Both the position numbers and the translations under genes were made by a program. From IMG/VR virus record IMGVR_UViG_3300043009_000101: a stretch of 48,863 bases of DNA; one strand, given 5' to 3'. The stretch is from a virus (taxonomy: Duplodnaviria > Heunggongvirae > Uroviricota > Caudoviricetes). Under the pieces are notes generated by a model. It searched no databases and was not told where the DNA came from. It worked only from the letters and a program-made list of their open reading frames with translations. This document shows, piece by piece, positions 36,718 to 47,043 of this stretch. Positions within the stretch are counted from its first letter, which is position 1, and each line of letters begins with the position of its first letter.

Positions 36718-37446
36718 TTAGTTAACCAAAATCTCCCTCTTAATAATATTGGAAAGCATAGAGATAGGTGCAAATCTGCGGTACTTCGTGGAAATGAAAT
36801 CCGTAGGCTTGTTCCACATAAAGTTCGGTCTGTAATCGCACAAGGCCTGTTTGTCTAATATCAATGCCTGACAATTACTGGCAGAATATCTATCCAATGC
36901 ATGTGTTTCGATAACTAACACTTTTGCTCCTTGTTCAACAAGATGGCTTCGCTTATTGTTTCTGAAATTTAAGCCGTCTCGTTCAGCAGAGCCTGTATGA
37001 GACATGACAAGTTCGAGCAGCAATTCTTTGCCTTTATAAATTACTTTATAATCAGCATCATTGGTAACTTTTCGGACTTTGACTTCTCTGGCTGAATCTG
37101 CACCATTGAGTTCAATCTTTAAATCTTTATCTTGTTTCTCGATAACAGCACGGACAATATCTTCATAAATCCAGCCAGCTACAAGGTCTTGATAATACTG
37201 CAATTTATTGCGGGTGTCTGTTCTGCCTCGGGTGCGGAAAGCAAGTTCATTGAATAAATCTGGGCTGTACTGCTGCAAATAATTCAAGTCGCCTGACATA
37301 ATAGCGAAATTTTCGTCAGAATACCCGAATTGCTTCATTACAGCTATGATTTGCTGCTGGCTGAACTCTTTTCTCAATGCACAATACATTCCACGGTCTA
37401 AAGATGGCTTGGCAAGTGTATAATCTTCCTTTACATAATTTGACAT
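36718..37446 (-). CDS. Putative PD-(D/E)xK nuclease, possibly the restriction partner of the MTase pair
   Basis: E(WIYED)...DADYKV...LLELV spacing compatible with a PD-(D/E)xK core; same strand, directly upstream of the MTases. Function is inference. Confidence 0.45.
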   Translation of the reverse strand: MSNYVKEDYTLAKPSLDRGMYCALRKEFSQQQIIAVMKQFGYSDENFAIMSGDLNYLQQYSPDLFNELAFRTRGRTDTRNKLQYYQDLVAGWIYEDIVRAVIEKQDKDLKIELNGADSAREVKVRKVTNDADYKVIYKGKELLLELVMSHTGSAERDGLNFRNNKRSHLVEQGAKVLVIETHALDRYSASNCQALILDKQALCDYRPNFMWNKPTDFISTKYRRFAPISMLSNIIKREILVN

Positions 37447-37801
37447 GATGTTCCAAATCCCCCTTAATATGAATATTATATCATAAGTAAAGCAGATTTT
37501 AGACTTTTTGCAAGGCTTTTATACAAGAAGAGAGTAGAATGTGATATGAAAAACTGGAATTATGTAGTAATTTCTGCACGAAAATAGGTTTGGTGCTAGT
37601 GTTGAAATTGAAGCAAAATATAAATTTCGACAAGAATGGCTGGAAGAAGTATAGGGTTAGAACGTGGATGGGATGGTGCGAGGTGGAACTACGGCTAGAC
37701 AAAAGTATGACAAGAAAGAACTTCAACAAGAAAGGCACGAAGTCCGTCCTATGAATGTAATGAATAGGGCGAGGTAACGGGCCTTTAACTAATACAAGGC
37801 A

Positions 37802-37845
37802 AAAGAGGTGCGGTCAGCTGCAGAGCAGCTAGGTTGCACCTCTTT
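37802..37845 (-). terminator. Terminator-like hairpin with an internal-loop motif
   Basis: AAAGAGGTGC/GCACCTCTTT outer stem and AGCTGC/GCAGCT inner stem; T-tract on the minus strand 20 bp after the MBL stop. Confidence 0.65.
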
Positions 37846-37865
37846 CTATATATTACAAACCTACG

Positions 37866-39296
37866 TTAAAGCGGAAGAAACATTCCTCTATGTGATACAA
37901 GCACTTCATGTGTCTTGTTCTGTTGGCTGATTGCTTCCTGTAGGTCTGGTCGCAAGGCTTTCTTTGCTTCGGGAGAGCCATGCACGAGTACCAATTTATT
38001 CGTGCGGATATGACTTCCATATTCAATTAAACCTTTTCTTGACATATGGCTGCTGAAACTTTCAAAAACTTCGCAATTTGCTCGGTTCGGGTAAGATGTT
38101 CCAAACAATGTAATTGTTTTCTGATGATTTTTGAGTTTGTAGGAAATATATGCATTGTTATCACCAGCATACCCTGTTAAGAAAATCATAGCATTTTTAT
38201 TTTTAATATTATGTCGTAAATGCTCCAATACCCTTCCATTGTTGCAGAAGCCAGAAGAAGCAATTACAATTTTCTGGTGGTCATTTTGAATGCAGGCAAG
38301 TGAATCTTCTTTTTCACGAATTAGATGCACATTCTTCCAATGCATCGCTTCTTTCCAGAGAATTAAATCATCTCCTTGCAATATCTTTTCGTATGCTTTG
38401 CAGATGTCTACGGTTAGCATGGAATCTACAATAATGTCTGTGTGGAAATTTTCATCTTTCCCAAAAATATGATACAGGCAGACAAGTAATTCTTGCGATT
38501 TCACAAAACTGAATGCTGGCATAATAACTTGTGCATTTTTATCTAAAGTTTCTCGAATTAGCTTTTCCATTCGTTTTAAATCAGTTGTGCGAGAAAATTT
38601 TGGTGTTCTGGAAGGTTCACCATAAGTGCTTTCCATAATTGTGTAATCGTTAAAAAAGTTTGGAATCTCTGTGTTGTCTACAAAATGATTTACTCGTTTC
38701 TTTTCACCTAAATCCGATGTATATAAAATCTTCTTTGTTCTTTTTCTATCTTTTAAAATTAATTGTAGCTGGCCAGCTCCTACACAATGTCCGTTAGTCA
38801 ACCATTGGAATGTAATACCCTCTGCCAGTGTGAACAGCTTATCCGTTTCATCAAAAATGTCGATATAAGATAAAGCATTTTCCACATCTGCTTTGTTGTA
38901 AATAGCGGGATATTCCCTACCAAATCGTTTGGAAAGGCATATGCTTTCGCTGCCTAGAATATACGCAGAATTATGCCAGAGCAAGTCTACAATCTCTGCT
39001 GTTGCTTTGCGAGCAATAATGCGGGCATGGCAGCCTTCTTTATATAAACGAGGAATCAGCCCCGTATGGTCTATATGTGCATGACCGATAAAGATAAAAT
39101 CAATCTCTTTCGGGTCATATTCTAATTTTCTAGTGTTTTCTCGATATGCTTCTAAATAATTGGACGATGCGGATTGGTACAAGCCAGCTTCTAATAAAAT
39201 TTGATACCCGTTGAAGCGAATATAGTACATTGAGCCTGTTACATCCTCTGCTGCATTACCGATAAAATAAATCCCATCTTCTTTTGTTGCTTTCAA
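37866..39296 (-). CDS. Metallo-beta-lactamase-fold beta-CASP nuclease (Ysh1/CPSF73-like)
   Basis: GHAHIDHTG, GHCVGAG, YTSDLG, MESTYG, FSSH, LVHG motifs; TTG start. Confidence 0.88.
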   Translation of the reverse strand: MKATKEDGIYFIGNAAEDVTGSMYYIRFNGYQILLEAGLYQSASSNYLEAYRENTRKLEYDPKEIDFIFIGHAHIDHTGLIPRLYKEGCHARIIARKATAEIVDLLWHNSAYILGSESICLSKRFGREYPAIYNKADVENALSYIDIFDETDKLFTLAEGITFQWLTNGHCVGAGQLQLILKDRKRTKKILYTSDLGEKKRVNHFVDNTEIPNFFNDYTIMESTYGEPSRTPKFSRTTDLKRMEKLIRETLDKNAQVIMPAFSFVKSQELLVCLYHIFGKDENFHTDIIVDSMLTVDICKAYEKILQGDDLILWKEAMHWKNVHLIREKEDSLACIQNDHQKIVIASSGFCNNGRVLEHLRHNIKNKNAMIFLTGYAGDNNAYISYKLKNHQKTITLFGTSYPNRANCEVFESFSSHMSRKGLIEYGSHIRTNKLVLVHGSPEAKKALRPDLQEAISQQNKTHEVLVSHRGMFLPL

Positions 39297-39297
39297 G

Positions 39298-39558
39298 TTA
39301 ATTTACAACCTTTCTTGTATGTGTGTCCATGATTTCTTTCAGATACTTGACTTGTTCTTCTGGCGTTCCTGTCAAGATTTCTAAATTATACTTGTGTTTG
39401 GTTTTATTCCTTTTCTGAAACACATACTTGTTATCCATTCGCTCAAAAGAGCCCCAAGCTACAAGTTTATCGTTGCACCACAATATTGTTGGCTTTTCTA
39501 TGATTATGCCATTTCCTGTGCAAACTTGATTGTCTTGTACAAACGGATACTTTGTCAT
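39298..39558 (-). CDS. Hypothetical protein
   Basis: 86-aa ORF, GGAGG RBS, 1-bp gap to the MBL gene. Confidence 0.7.
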   Translation of the reverse strand: MTKYPFVQDNQVCTGNGIIIEKPTILWCNDKLVAWGSFERMDNKYVFQKRNKTKHKYNLEILTGTPEEQVKYLKEIMDTHTRKVVN

Positions 39559-39677
39559 AAAAACCTCCTTTTATTCTATACATATTATAAAACTTTTAAA
39601 GTTGGTTGGTATCTGTTTGCCTAGAAATATTTACTACATGTAGGAACTTGGTAAAGAAAGCAAAAAAAGATGCTGAT

Positions 39678-40706
39678 TTATTCAGCATCATCTGGGTCAA
39701 TATCCATAAAAGTATAGAACTCGTCAGCATCATCTTCTTCATCAAACTCTGTAGTGTTTACTTGTACTTCTTCATCATCATAAATTTCAGCAAAAGCTTC
39801 ATCATGCTCATACATATCATACTCGCTGCGAATGACAGGTTGTCCGTCATCATCGTCATCATCGTCTACGTCAGCAAAAAGTTCTGCTAATTTTTCTGGT
39901 GGGAATTTTTCATCTAATTCTTTCAGTTGTTGTGCATTCATTAACTCAGTGTCCTCCGCCTTCTTTTGTCTTTTCTTCAGGCTATTCATTCGTTTATAAC
40001 GAGCAGCCAGATATTTATTTAAACTTTCTGGATTGTAATAAATAAAATTATCTGGTGACAAATGGCAAGACAAGGAATATTTCTCGCCTTGAACATCTTC
40101 TCGCACATATTCTTTGCTAGCTGATGCTGTATCTAAGGTGAAAATAGCATCTATAATAGCAAAGCTATCAAAAGGTAAATTGGTTTCTTTTTCGATATAC
40201 GAACCTTTCTTACGAAAATCCTCCGCAGTGTAATCCACAAAAGCTTCTTCTGGATATTCTTTTAGCTGCTTTGTACTAACTGCACGTTTCAATTTTAACA
40301 TATTACCGTCATTATCCTCGAAAAAGAATACCCCGGAAATAAGTGTGATAACGATAAACTCGCCTACAGTAAAGAAACGAACATAGGCACCACATTCATT
40401 TGTGAAACGAACTTTCTTTGTGATAATTGTAACTAAAGGATTCTCGTCCGTTGGTTTGTATTGTTTTAGTGTTAATCGAAATACACCTTTTCTTAAATTC
40501 TCTGACATATCAATGCTATCTTCCATATTGTCTGCATTTAAGAACTTTAAAGTGTCTTTCTTTCTAACTAAGCTGTAAGGACGTATTTCTTTCAAGAATT
40601 GCTTGCCTACTCGCATCTGAGTAAAACCTAATGTTTCTGCAAAAGGTCTGTCCTCTCGTTCAAATGAGGTCAAGTTTGTAGCAGTATATAAGTAAGTATT
40701 CGACAT
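39678..40706 (-). CDS. Hypothetical protein with a highly acidic C-terminal tail
   Basis: 342 aa, Asp/Glu-rich last 70 aa. Confidence 0.8.
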   Translation of the reverse strand: MSNTYLYTATNLTSFEREDRPFAETLGFTQMRVGKQFLKEIRPYSLVRKKDTLKFLNADNMEDSIDMSENLRKGVFRLTLKQYKPTDENPLVTIITKKVRFTNECGAYVRFFTVGEFIVITLISGVFFFEDNDGNMLKLKRAVSTKQLKEYPEEAFVDYTAEDFRKKGSYIEKETNLPFDSFAIIDAIFTLDTASASKEYVREDVQGEKYSLSCHLSPDNFIYYNPESLNKYLAARYKRMNSLKKRQKKAEDTELMNAQQLKELDEKFPPEKLAELFADVDDDDDDDGQPVIRSEYDMYEHDEAFAEIYDDEEVQVNTTEFDEEDDADEFYTFMDIDPDDAE

Positions 40707-40818
40707 ATCCCCCTAATAACCTCCACAAATATAATAACACAAAATTTAGAGATTGTATTTTTACAGGCAAGCTGTTCTAGCAGAAGCACCTATGCATAGC
40801 ATAGGTGCTTTCAAATCT

Positions 40819-41448
40819 TTACACAGCAACACTATTCTTAATATCGTTCAAGTAACACTCAAAGCATTGAGTAGAATCTATGATAGCCTTCATAAGCTCT
40901 ACACGATTCCCCTCTTCGTCCTTATTTACACTTTCTTTCAGCAAATCATATTCTTCATTAAACCAAACATCCAAATCTATTATACTGTTTCGCAAATCAT
41001 TGTATATGGTCATAAAGCCACGCATAGGTATATCTTTCAATTCCTTGTTGGCTGTAGCAGCTGGTTCTTCAAAAAAATTACCGTTCAACTTTTCATAAGT
41101 CGCATTTGGTGTGAATTTTTTAGCTTCCGCTTGTAATTCTTTTCGTAATTTTTCGCCATTCCAAGTAACACAACTTCTATCACAAATATTACCGAATTTA
41201 TCTGTCATAAAATATACTTCATAAATTGCGGCTAAATTGGCAAGTTCTGCATCACAATCTCCCAGACCAACTAATGTATTTGATATATTCCGAATATAAG
41301 TATGAAAACTTTCATAAAGGAAAGAAAAAGGTGTCCCTTTAATAGCATAATATACCCGTGTTAAATGGGCACAACATTCGACATACATTCGCATGATAAA
41401 TTCCTTAGAAACACTCAATTCTGTCATGCTATTATCTTTTACAGTCAA
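40819..41448 (-). CDS. Hypothetical helical protein
   Basis: 209-aa ORF, AAAGGAG upstream. Confidence 0.75.
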   Translation of the reverse strand: MTVKDNSMTELSVSKEFIMRMYVECCAHLTRVYYAIKGTPFSFLYESFHTYIRNISNTLVGLGDCDAELANLAAIYEVYFMTDKFGNICDRSCVTWNGEKLRKELQAEAKKFTPNATYEKLNGNFFEEPAATANKELKDIPMRGFMTIYNDLRNSIIDLDVWFNEEYDLLKESVNKDEEGNRVELMKAIIDSTQCFECYLNDIKNSVAV

Positions 41449-41486
41449 TCTCTATTACTCCTTTCAGTATATTTCACAATATATAC

Positions 41487-42836
41487 TTATTTTCTGACAA
41501 TTTTAGGCTTATTTGCAGTATTTGTATTCTGCTTGGCTTTACCTTGTAAATGTCCAGTATGAGTATTATTGAAAGCTGTGCTTAGATTAGCAGTTTGATG
41601 TTTCATAGTATTTGCTTGCGGTCTGCTAGCAGGCTGTAAATTTGTTTTTGTTTGATTACCTTGCTGATGCAAATTCCCAGTTGTAGTTGTTTGCTTGGTT
41701 TGTGCTAAATTCCCCGTAGGATTCTTTACAGTTGCGGAATTCAAATTAGAAGTTGCTTGTCTGCTTAAATTGGTTGTTTCTTGTTTTCTTTGCGTAAAAT
41801 AAGAAGTTGATTGGGTCGTCTGAGTATTGTTTGCTTGTAAATTCACAGTTGAAGAAGCTCTACGAGTATTCAGATTACCTGTATTCTGTCTTTGTTGATA
41901 TGCAGTATTCAAATTCCCTGTATTCTGCCTTTGTTGAGGAGAAGAACTTAACGTTGATGTCTGATGCCTATTTGCTACAATTGGTGTAGTCTGCTGCCTA
42001 TGTGGGATAGCACCTTGGTTTACTGGCTGAGAATATTGATTGCTCAAATTTGCAGTTTGATGGCGTACTTGTTGCGGATAATTCTGCTGCTGTAAAGTAT
42101 TGGTAGTATGCTTATGAATTTGTGGTTGTGCTGGTACTGTATGCACAGTTCTTTGTGCATTAGCCTGTGGTAAATATTTTGCAGTCTGCTGATAATCTGT
42201 TTTCTTCTGCTGAATAGGTACATTTGTATTCTGCATTTGTGCCTGTACAGGTGGTACAAGAAGTGGCTCATCTGATTGCGTTTTTGCAGTGTTATTCACA
42301 GGCACACGATTAGAACCAGGCAACAGATTGGAAGTAGTATTTACAGGCTTTGCTTCTTTAATCTGTTTCTCTTTTTTCTTTTTATGTGCATGCTTCTTTT
42401 TGGCACCATGCTTGATAGCACTGAATTCGCCAGTTATCCATTGATATAGCAAAATTGGGTCACGATACGGATTGTAATGATGTTTGCAAAGTTTATCATG
42501 TTTATTCTGTCTATCTGTATTTTGTCCGATTCTTGCCTCTTCCTCAGCACTATTAGCTGAATTGATATAGTCCATAAACCCTAGAAACACAGTACCTACA
42601 AGAATAGCAAGCATAACAGTGCCAATATATGGGAGCATAGTTGTCAGATACACTTTGCCCGTGTATTTGTATTGTGTATATAGATAAATAGGTATAATCC
42701 AAAAGAATAATCCTCGAACTATCCAAGCATTCAATTGTGGCTTGCGGGCAAATAATGTACCGTAAATGCCATAAATAATCATGCCATATCCTATTGCACC
42801 TAGCACTAAAAATGTAATATTCCATAAATTCAGCAT
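41487..42836 (-). CDS. Membrane protein with a long Gln/Thr/Asn-rich low-complexity tail
   Basis: About three N-terminal TM helices, then a polar tail with a recurring T-x-N-L motif; ATG 42836 after GGGAG. Confidence 0.8.
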   Translation of the reverse strand: MLNLWNITFLVLGAIGYGMIIYGIYGTLFARKPQLNAWIVRGLFFWIIPIYLYTQYKYTGKVYLTTMLPYIGTVMLAILVGTVFLGFMDYINSANSAEEEARIGQNTDRQNKHDKLCKHHYNPYRDPILLYQWITGEFSAIKHGAKKKHAHKKKKEKQIKEAKPVNTTSNLLPGSNRVPVNNTAKTQSDEPLLVPPVQAQMQNTNVPIQQKKTDYQQTAKYLPQANAQRTVHTVPAQPQIHKHTTNTLQQQNYPQQVRHQTANLSNQYSQPVNQGAIPHRQQTTPIVANRHQTSTLSSSPQQRQNTGNLNTAYQQRQNTGNLNTRRASSTVNLQANNTQTTQSTSYFTQRKQETTNLSRQATSNLNSATVKNPTGNLAQTKQTTTTGNLHQQGNQTKTNLQPASRPQANTMKHQTANLSTAFNNTHTGHLQGKAKQNTNTANKPKIVRK

Positions 42837-42875
42837 AGATATGCTCCCTTCTCTTTTCTTCAATATCCTTTCAAA

Positions 42876-44933
42876 CTAAAACACTCTTGTTGTTCTAGTT
42901 CTGGAAGGAGTAGACAAATTTAATTCTTTTAAAAATTCGCCTTCATGTTGCCTTATAGTGAAGATAACAAGTTTATTTTGTGCTCTTGTACAAGCAATAT
43001 AATGTATTCTTCTTTCTTCTTCTTTAGTATCTGCCGTAATTCTTTCCCCTTTTTTAAAATGAGGAAACATACCCTCAGAATCATTCCAAATATATACTAG
43101 GGATGATTGTGCACCTTTATAATCATGCACTGTGGCAATTTCTATTGGTGTTTTATCACTATCATCTCTGCCTGTATGACTAGCTGCACGGGTTAATATC
43201 TCCCGCCAGTTATCATAAATCATTTCTAAATCAGCATATGGACTGTTTACAATGTAATTCCAAAGAGCGTTCATAATAGCCTTTTGCATCTCACTATAAC
43301 TATTATACTGTGCATTCTCCCTAGAACCAAAATATTTTGTAACAAACATATTCACTAAATTAGCCATAATATGAATATCACAATCTTCCTCATCGCTATG
43401 TTCTTTTTTATATCTCAATGGTTTAATCAGCAATTCGCTTAAGTCTTTATCTGGTATATTCAATGTATCAGGGTCATAATCCCAAAAAGTTTTAGATACA
43501 TCTTCCCCGTTCATATAATCAAGTAAACCTTCTACTGCTTTATTGTACGGTAAAGCCATTTTACATAAATTCCTAACATGAGCTCTTCTACCATACAAAA
43601 CAAAACCAAACAATGTTTCACATTGTTTCTTTAAACGGGATTCTCTACCACTTAATATTTTACCTGATGCTGAAAAATCTAAATTCTTTTCTGCCATTCG
43701 CAGCACCAAAAGCATTGCATCTTCATTCGTTCTTGTTAAAACTGTAATATGTTCGCCTTTATACTCTAATTGGTCTTTCTCTATTTGTGCAAGACATTTA
43801 TCACTCATATTGTAATAGCTATCTGCCAGTACCTTTTCAACATTCCCACCTTTATAAAAAGCTTTAATCGTTTTACTGTGCCTTCCTTTATTCTTCTCAA
43901 TACTTGGTACAACTGGATTTAATATATTCTCTTTACATCTAAAATTATAAGACAGATAATACTGCTTAGCATGAAAATCTTCTTCAAAACTATGCAGAAT
44001 GATATTGTTATTACTTCCTCGCCATGTGTATATGGTCTGGTCATCATCACCTATGGCTAATACATTTGGTGATTTAGAGGCATACACCTTTAAAATTTCA
44101 TATTGCACCTGACTTGTATCTTGAAACTCATCAATATACAAGGAAGTATAACAATTTGATATATATTCTATCCAATTTTTATCTCTTTCCACAACACATT
44201 TTTCATAAATCACCTCTTGAACATCATCAAAGTCCATAAAACCTTCTTTCTGTCGAAAGAATTTCCATTTACGTAATATCCTATCTACGGTTGTACTTTG
44301 TATATTCAAGGAATCGTACAAAACGTGTTTATATCGCCTGTTATCATTCTCAGGATAATTTCTTGTATAACTTAAAGCTGCCGCAAAATCATCTACAATA
44401 TTATTCTTTTCAGAACGATTATCATAATGAATACCCTCTAAATCTAAAATATCTTGCAATATTCTCAGATTTGCATTCTCACTGATAATGTTCGGTGTAA
44501 TATGTGTCATATGCCTGTATGCACGAAAGAACTCTGAATGCATAGTACTAATTGGCCACTCGGTTGTTGGCGTTGTTATTCTGCGTACAGGCTTCTTCTT
44601 TGTTACAAAATCTAAATACGTTGTATTGATTTTTGCTTTTAAATCGTCTGCTCCTTTTTTAAGGAAAGTGCATACCCATGCTTTCCTGTTATCTGTGAAA
44701 TCCCCTCTTTGAAAGTCATAAAGATACTTATGCACAAGATTTGTTGATTTTCCTGAGCCTGCACAAGCAATTACAAGCATATTGCCACTTCCTTCAAGAA
44801 TTGGCTGCATCTCTTTTGTATCTAGTTTGATAATGTTCTTCAAATAATCTAAATACAAATCACAGCCAGATGTGCTGCCGGAAAAATCACCAACTGCTGC
44901 AAAGAGCAAGCTGGTATCAATCTTCGTCAGCAT
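42876..44933 (-). CDS. UvrD/PcrA/Rep-family SF1 helicase
   Basis: Walker A ACAGSGKS, DEFQD, GDDDQTIYTWRG, NFRC, TVHDYKG, EERRIHYIACTRA; ATG 44933 after AAGGAG. Confidence 0.92.
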   Translation of the reverse strand: MLTKIDTSLLFAAVGDFSGSTSGCDLYLDYLKNIIKLDTKEMQPILEGSGNMLVIACAGSGKSTNLVHKYLYDFQRGDFTDNRKAWVCTFLKKGADDLKAKINTTYLDFVTKKKPVRRITTPTTEWPISTMHSEFFRAYRHMTHITPNIISENANLRILQDILDLEGIHYDNRSEKNNIVDDFAAALSYTRNYPENDNRRYKHVLYDSLNIQSTTVDRILRKWKFFRQKEGFMDFDDVQEVIYEKCVVERDKNWIEYISNCYTSLYIDEFQDTSQVQYEILKVYASKSPNVLAIGDDDQTIYTWRGSNNNIILHSFEEDFHAKQYYLSYNFRCKENILNPVVPSIEKNKGRHSKTIKAFYKGGNVEKVLADSYYNMSDKCLAQIEKDQLEYKGEHITVLTRTNEDAMLLVLRMAEKNLDFSASGKILSGRESRLKKQCETLFGFVLYGRRAHVRNLCKMALPYNKAVEGLLDYMNGEDVSKTFWDYDPDTLNIPDKDLSELLIKPLRYKKEHSDEEDCDIHIMANLVNMFVTKYFGSRENAQYNSYSEMQKAIMNALWNYIVNSPYADLEMIYDNWREILTRAASHTGRDDSDKTPIEIATVHDYKGAQSSLVYIWNDSEGMFPHFKKGERITADTKEEERRIHYIACTRAQNKLVIFTIRQHEGEFLKELNLSTPSRTRTTRVF

Positions 44934-46113
44934 AATACCTCTCCTTAAACCTTTGCTCATCATAAGGAATATCGTATTCATGCAGCATATATTCCACTGC
45001 TTCCACTTCCCGCATTTCCTTTAAGCCATCATTGGTATAAATTGTAGTTGTAGTATGCTTATCTAAAGGATTTAAAATGTATCGTTCAGCTTCTCTTGTA
45101 TACATGTGCTTTGGAGAGGATAATACATTGATTGAAAAATGACCACCAATTGCTACGGAGTACAAGTCATATTCTTTTAAATCAACAGTAGGTCTTTGAC
45201 TTACAACATCTTCATAATATGCTTTTAAACCATCATCCAAAGAATCGTAATCATGCTGTAATTCTGCTTTTGTTCTAGAAAGATAAATTCGTCTAACTTT
45301 AATTGTTGTTCCTGTATGCCCAAGATATTCCACTAAAGAAACATCAATAATATCGCCTGTACTGCGGAACTCAGACATTTTACCTCGTTCATACAAAGCA
45401 AGCAAGTCTCCTTTTTTAATACCCGCATCTTCAATTTGCTGAATCTTTTGACCGATTGTATATTCCCCAAGTGTACTCTTTTCAAGACATTCCATATAAA
45501 ACAAGGAATAACCAATGTCAAGATTTCCAACGCCCACGGAATCCCATTCTAAACGATACACATTCTTAAATTGTGGATGATTCTTCTTAACTAATTCAAT
45601 ATACAAGAAATATTTCAAACTGCCTGACATAATGTTGTCTAATTGCATAACAACTGTTCTCTTATCCTTGTCAAGAATCTGTTTAGCAATCAGACAGAAC
45701 ATAAAGAAACGAATTTGGTCATGCTGTGGCATAGATTGAAGCAGCTCATTATACGTATCACGAGCATAATCTAAATTCCAAATGCACTCTGTATCCGTAT
45801 TTTTTGTAAGCTCTAACTGATTCAGTTGTTCCATATCAATACTGTCATAGATAGATTCTTCGTTTTCCTCATATGATGTGTAATTCCAGTTCGTTACAAC
45901 ACCTTCTTTCGCTAAGGAACACATTTTATTCCATACTTCTTGATTGATACTATTTTCATGTCGCAATTCATTTGGAACTACAATGCCCTCCATATCAAGT
46001 GTATCTTTGCGAACTTTACACCAGGCAGCTATTGCTATCAATAATACAAAATCTGCACTGCACCGAATATTCTTGAAACCCACAAGTTCGGTAGCTTTAA
46101 TTTCCTTTTCCAC
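44917..46113 (-). CDS. Hypothetical protein (398 aa), coupled to the helicase gene
   Basis: Long ORF overlapping the helicase start. Confidence 0.8.
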   Translation of the reverse strand: MEKEIKATELVGFKNIRCSADFVLLIAIAAWCKVRKDTLDMEGIVVPNELRHENSINQEVWNKMCSLAKEGVVTNWNYTSYEENEESIYDSIDMEQLNQLELTKNTDTECIWNLDYARDTYNELLQSMPQHDQIRFFMFCLIAKQILDKDKRTVVMQLDNIMSGSLKYFLYIELVKKNHPQFKNVYRLEWDSVGVGNLDIGYSLFYMECLEKSTLGEYTIGQKIQQIEDAGIKKGDLLALYERGKMSEFRSTGDIIDVSLVEYLGHTGTTIKVRRIYLSRTKAELQHDYDSLDDGLKAYYEDVVSQRPTVDLKEYDLYSVAIGGHFSINVLSSPKHMYTREAERYILNPLDKHTTTTIYTNDGLKEMREVEAVEYMLHEYDIPYDEQRFKERYYADED

Positions 46114-46149
46114 TTTCCTATTCCCTATTTCCTTTCTAAGCTCTATTCA

Positions 46150-46659
46150 TCAAACAACCTCATCTGTCATTTTGGCTAATTTCACCAAAGTCAATTCGGA
46201 GGCTGTTGCTCTTTTTCTTTCTTTTTCTATTTCTTCCTGTGATGCACGCTTCAAGAACTTTTCTACTGCCAAATGAGTTATTTGACTATTATTCTGTTCT
46301 TCGACATACTTCACACCTTCTTTATGGTATGGCCGCCATGTACCTTTTGACTGCTCATCATAAAACAAAGGAAAATTCAAAGAGTTGTCGCCACTAAATA
46401 CCCAGTGTGCAAAGTATGCACATTCACCTTCACTTAAACGTGCTAAATTACGGCAAACTTTTGAAAAGCTCACACTTTTAGAAGCGTACATCGTGAATGT
46501 CGTGGAAACTGCTGTGCCATCTTCCAAGGTAATGGTTAAAGTATTCCCTTCCCATCTGTGGTTGTAATAACTCTCAAAATAAGTTTCATCTGTCATATTG
46601 AAATTATATTTGATACCACTGTAATCCCGTTCGATATCCCTATTAAAACTAAAAAACAT
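46150..46659 (-). CDS. Hypothetical protein
   Basis: 169-aa ORF, GGAGG RBS. Confidence 0.75.
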   Translation of the reverse strand: MFFSFNRDIERDYSGIKYNFNMTDETYFESYYNHRWEGNTLTITLEDGTAVSTTFTMYASKSVSFSKVCRNLARLSEGECAYFAHWVFSGDNSLNFPLFYDEQSKGTWRPYHKEGVKYVEEQNNSQITHLAVEKFLKRASQEEIEKERKRATASELTLVKLAKMTDEVV

Positions 46660-46698
46660 GTTTTGTTCCTCCGCTAATGTTCTTCTATGTCTGCATAA

Positions 46699-47043
46699 TC
46701 AGGCATCTTTTTTATGCCTAAAATGAATCTTACCGTCATCAAATCCTTTTTGAAATGCTGCTAAACTTCTTATATAGTAGCAAAAGAACAGAATTAAATA
46801 AAAAATACCCATTATCAATAAGCCTGAAGTGATTTCTGGCAGAATAGAATGCATATTGTAATATATGAAGTAAATCATAGCATAAGCTACAATCTGCAAC
46901 GTACCCCATATTGCACAGTCCTTAGCATCTGCTAAAAGTTCATCGTCCAATGCCTTAGGTAATGAATATAAGTAAACCAAACCTACAAACCCTAAAAATA
47001 CTAATAACAATCTGAATAATGCATTAAGCATTTGGCACATCAT
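46699..47043 (-). CDS. Small membrane protein
   Basis: Three hydrophobic segments. Confidence 0.7.
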   Translation of the reverse strand: MMCQMLNALFRLLLVFLGFVGLVYLYSLPKALDDELLADAKDCAIWGTLQIVAYAMIYFIYYNMHSILPEITSGLLIMGIFYLILFFCYYIRSLAAFQKGFDDGKIHFRHKKDA

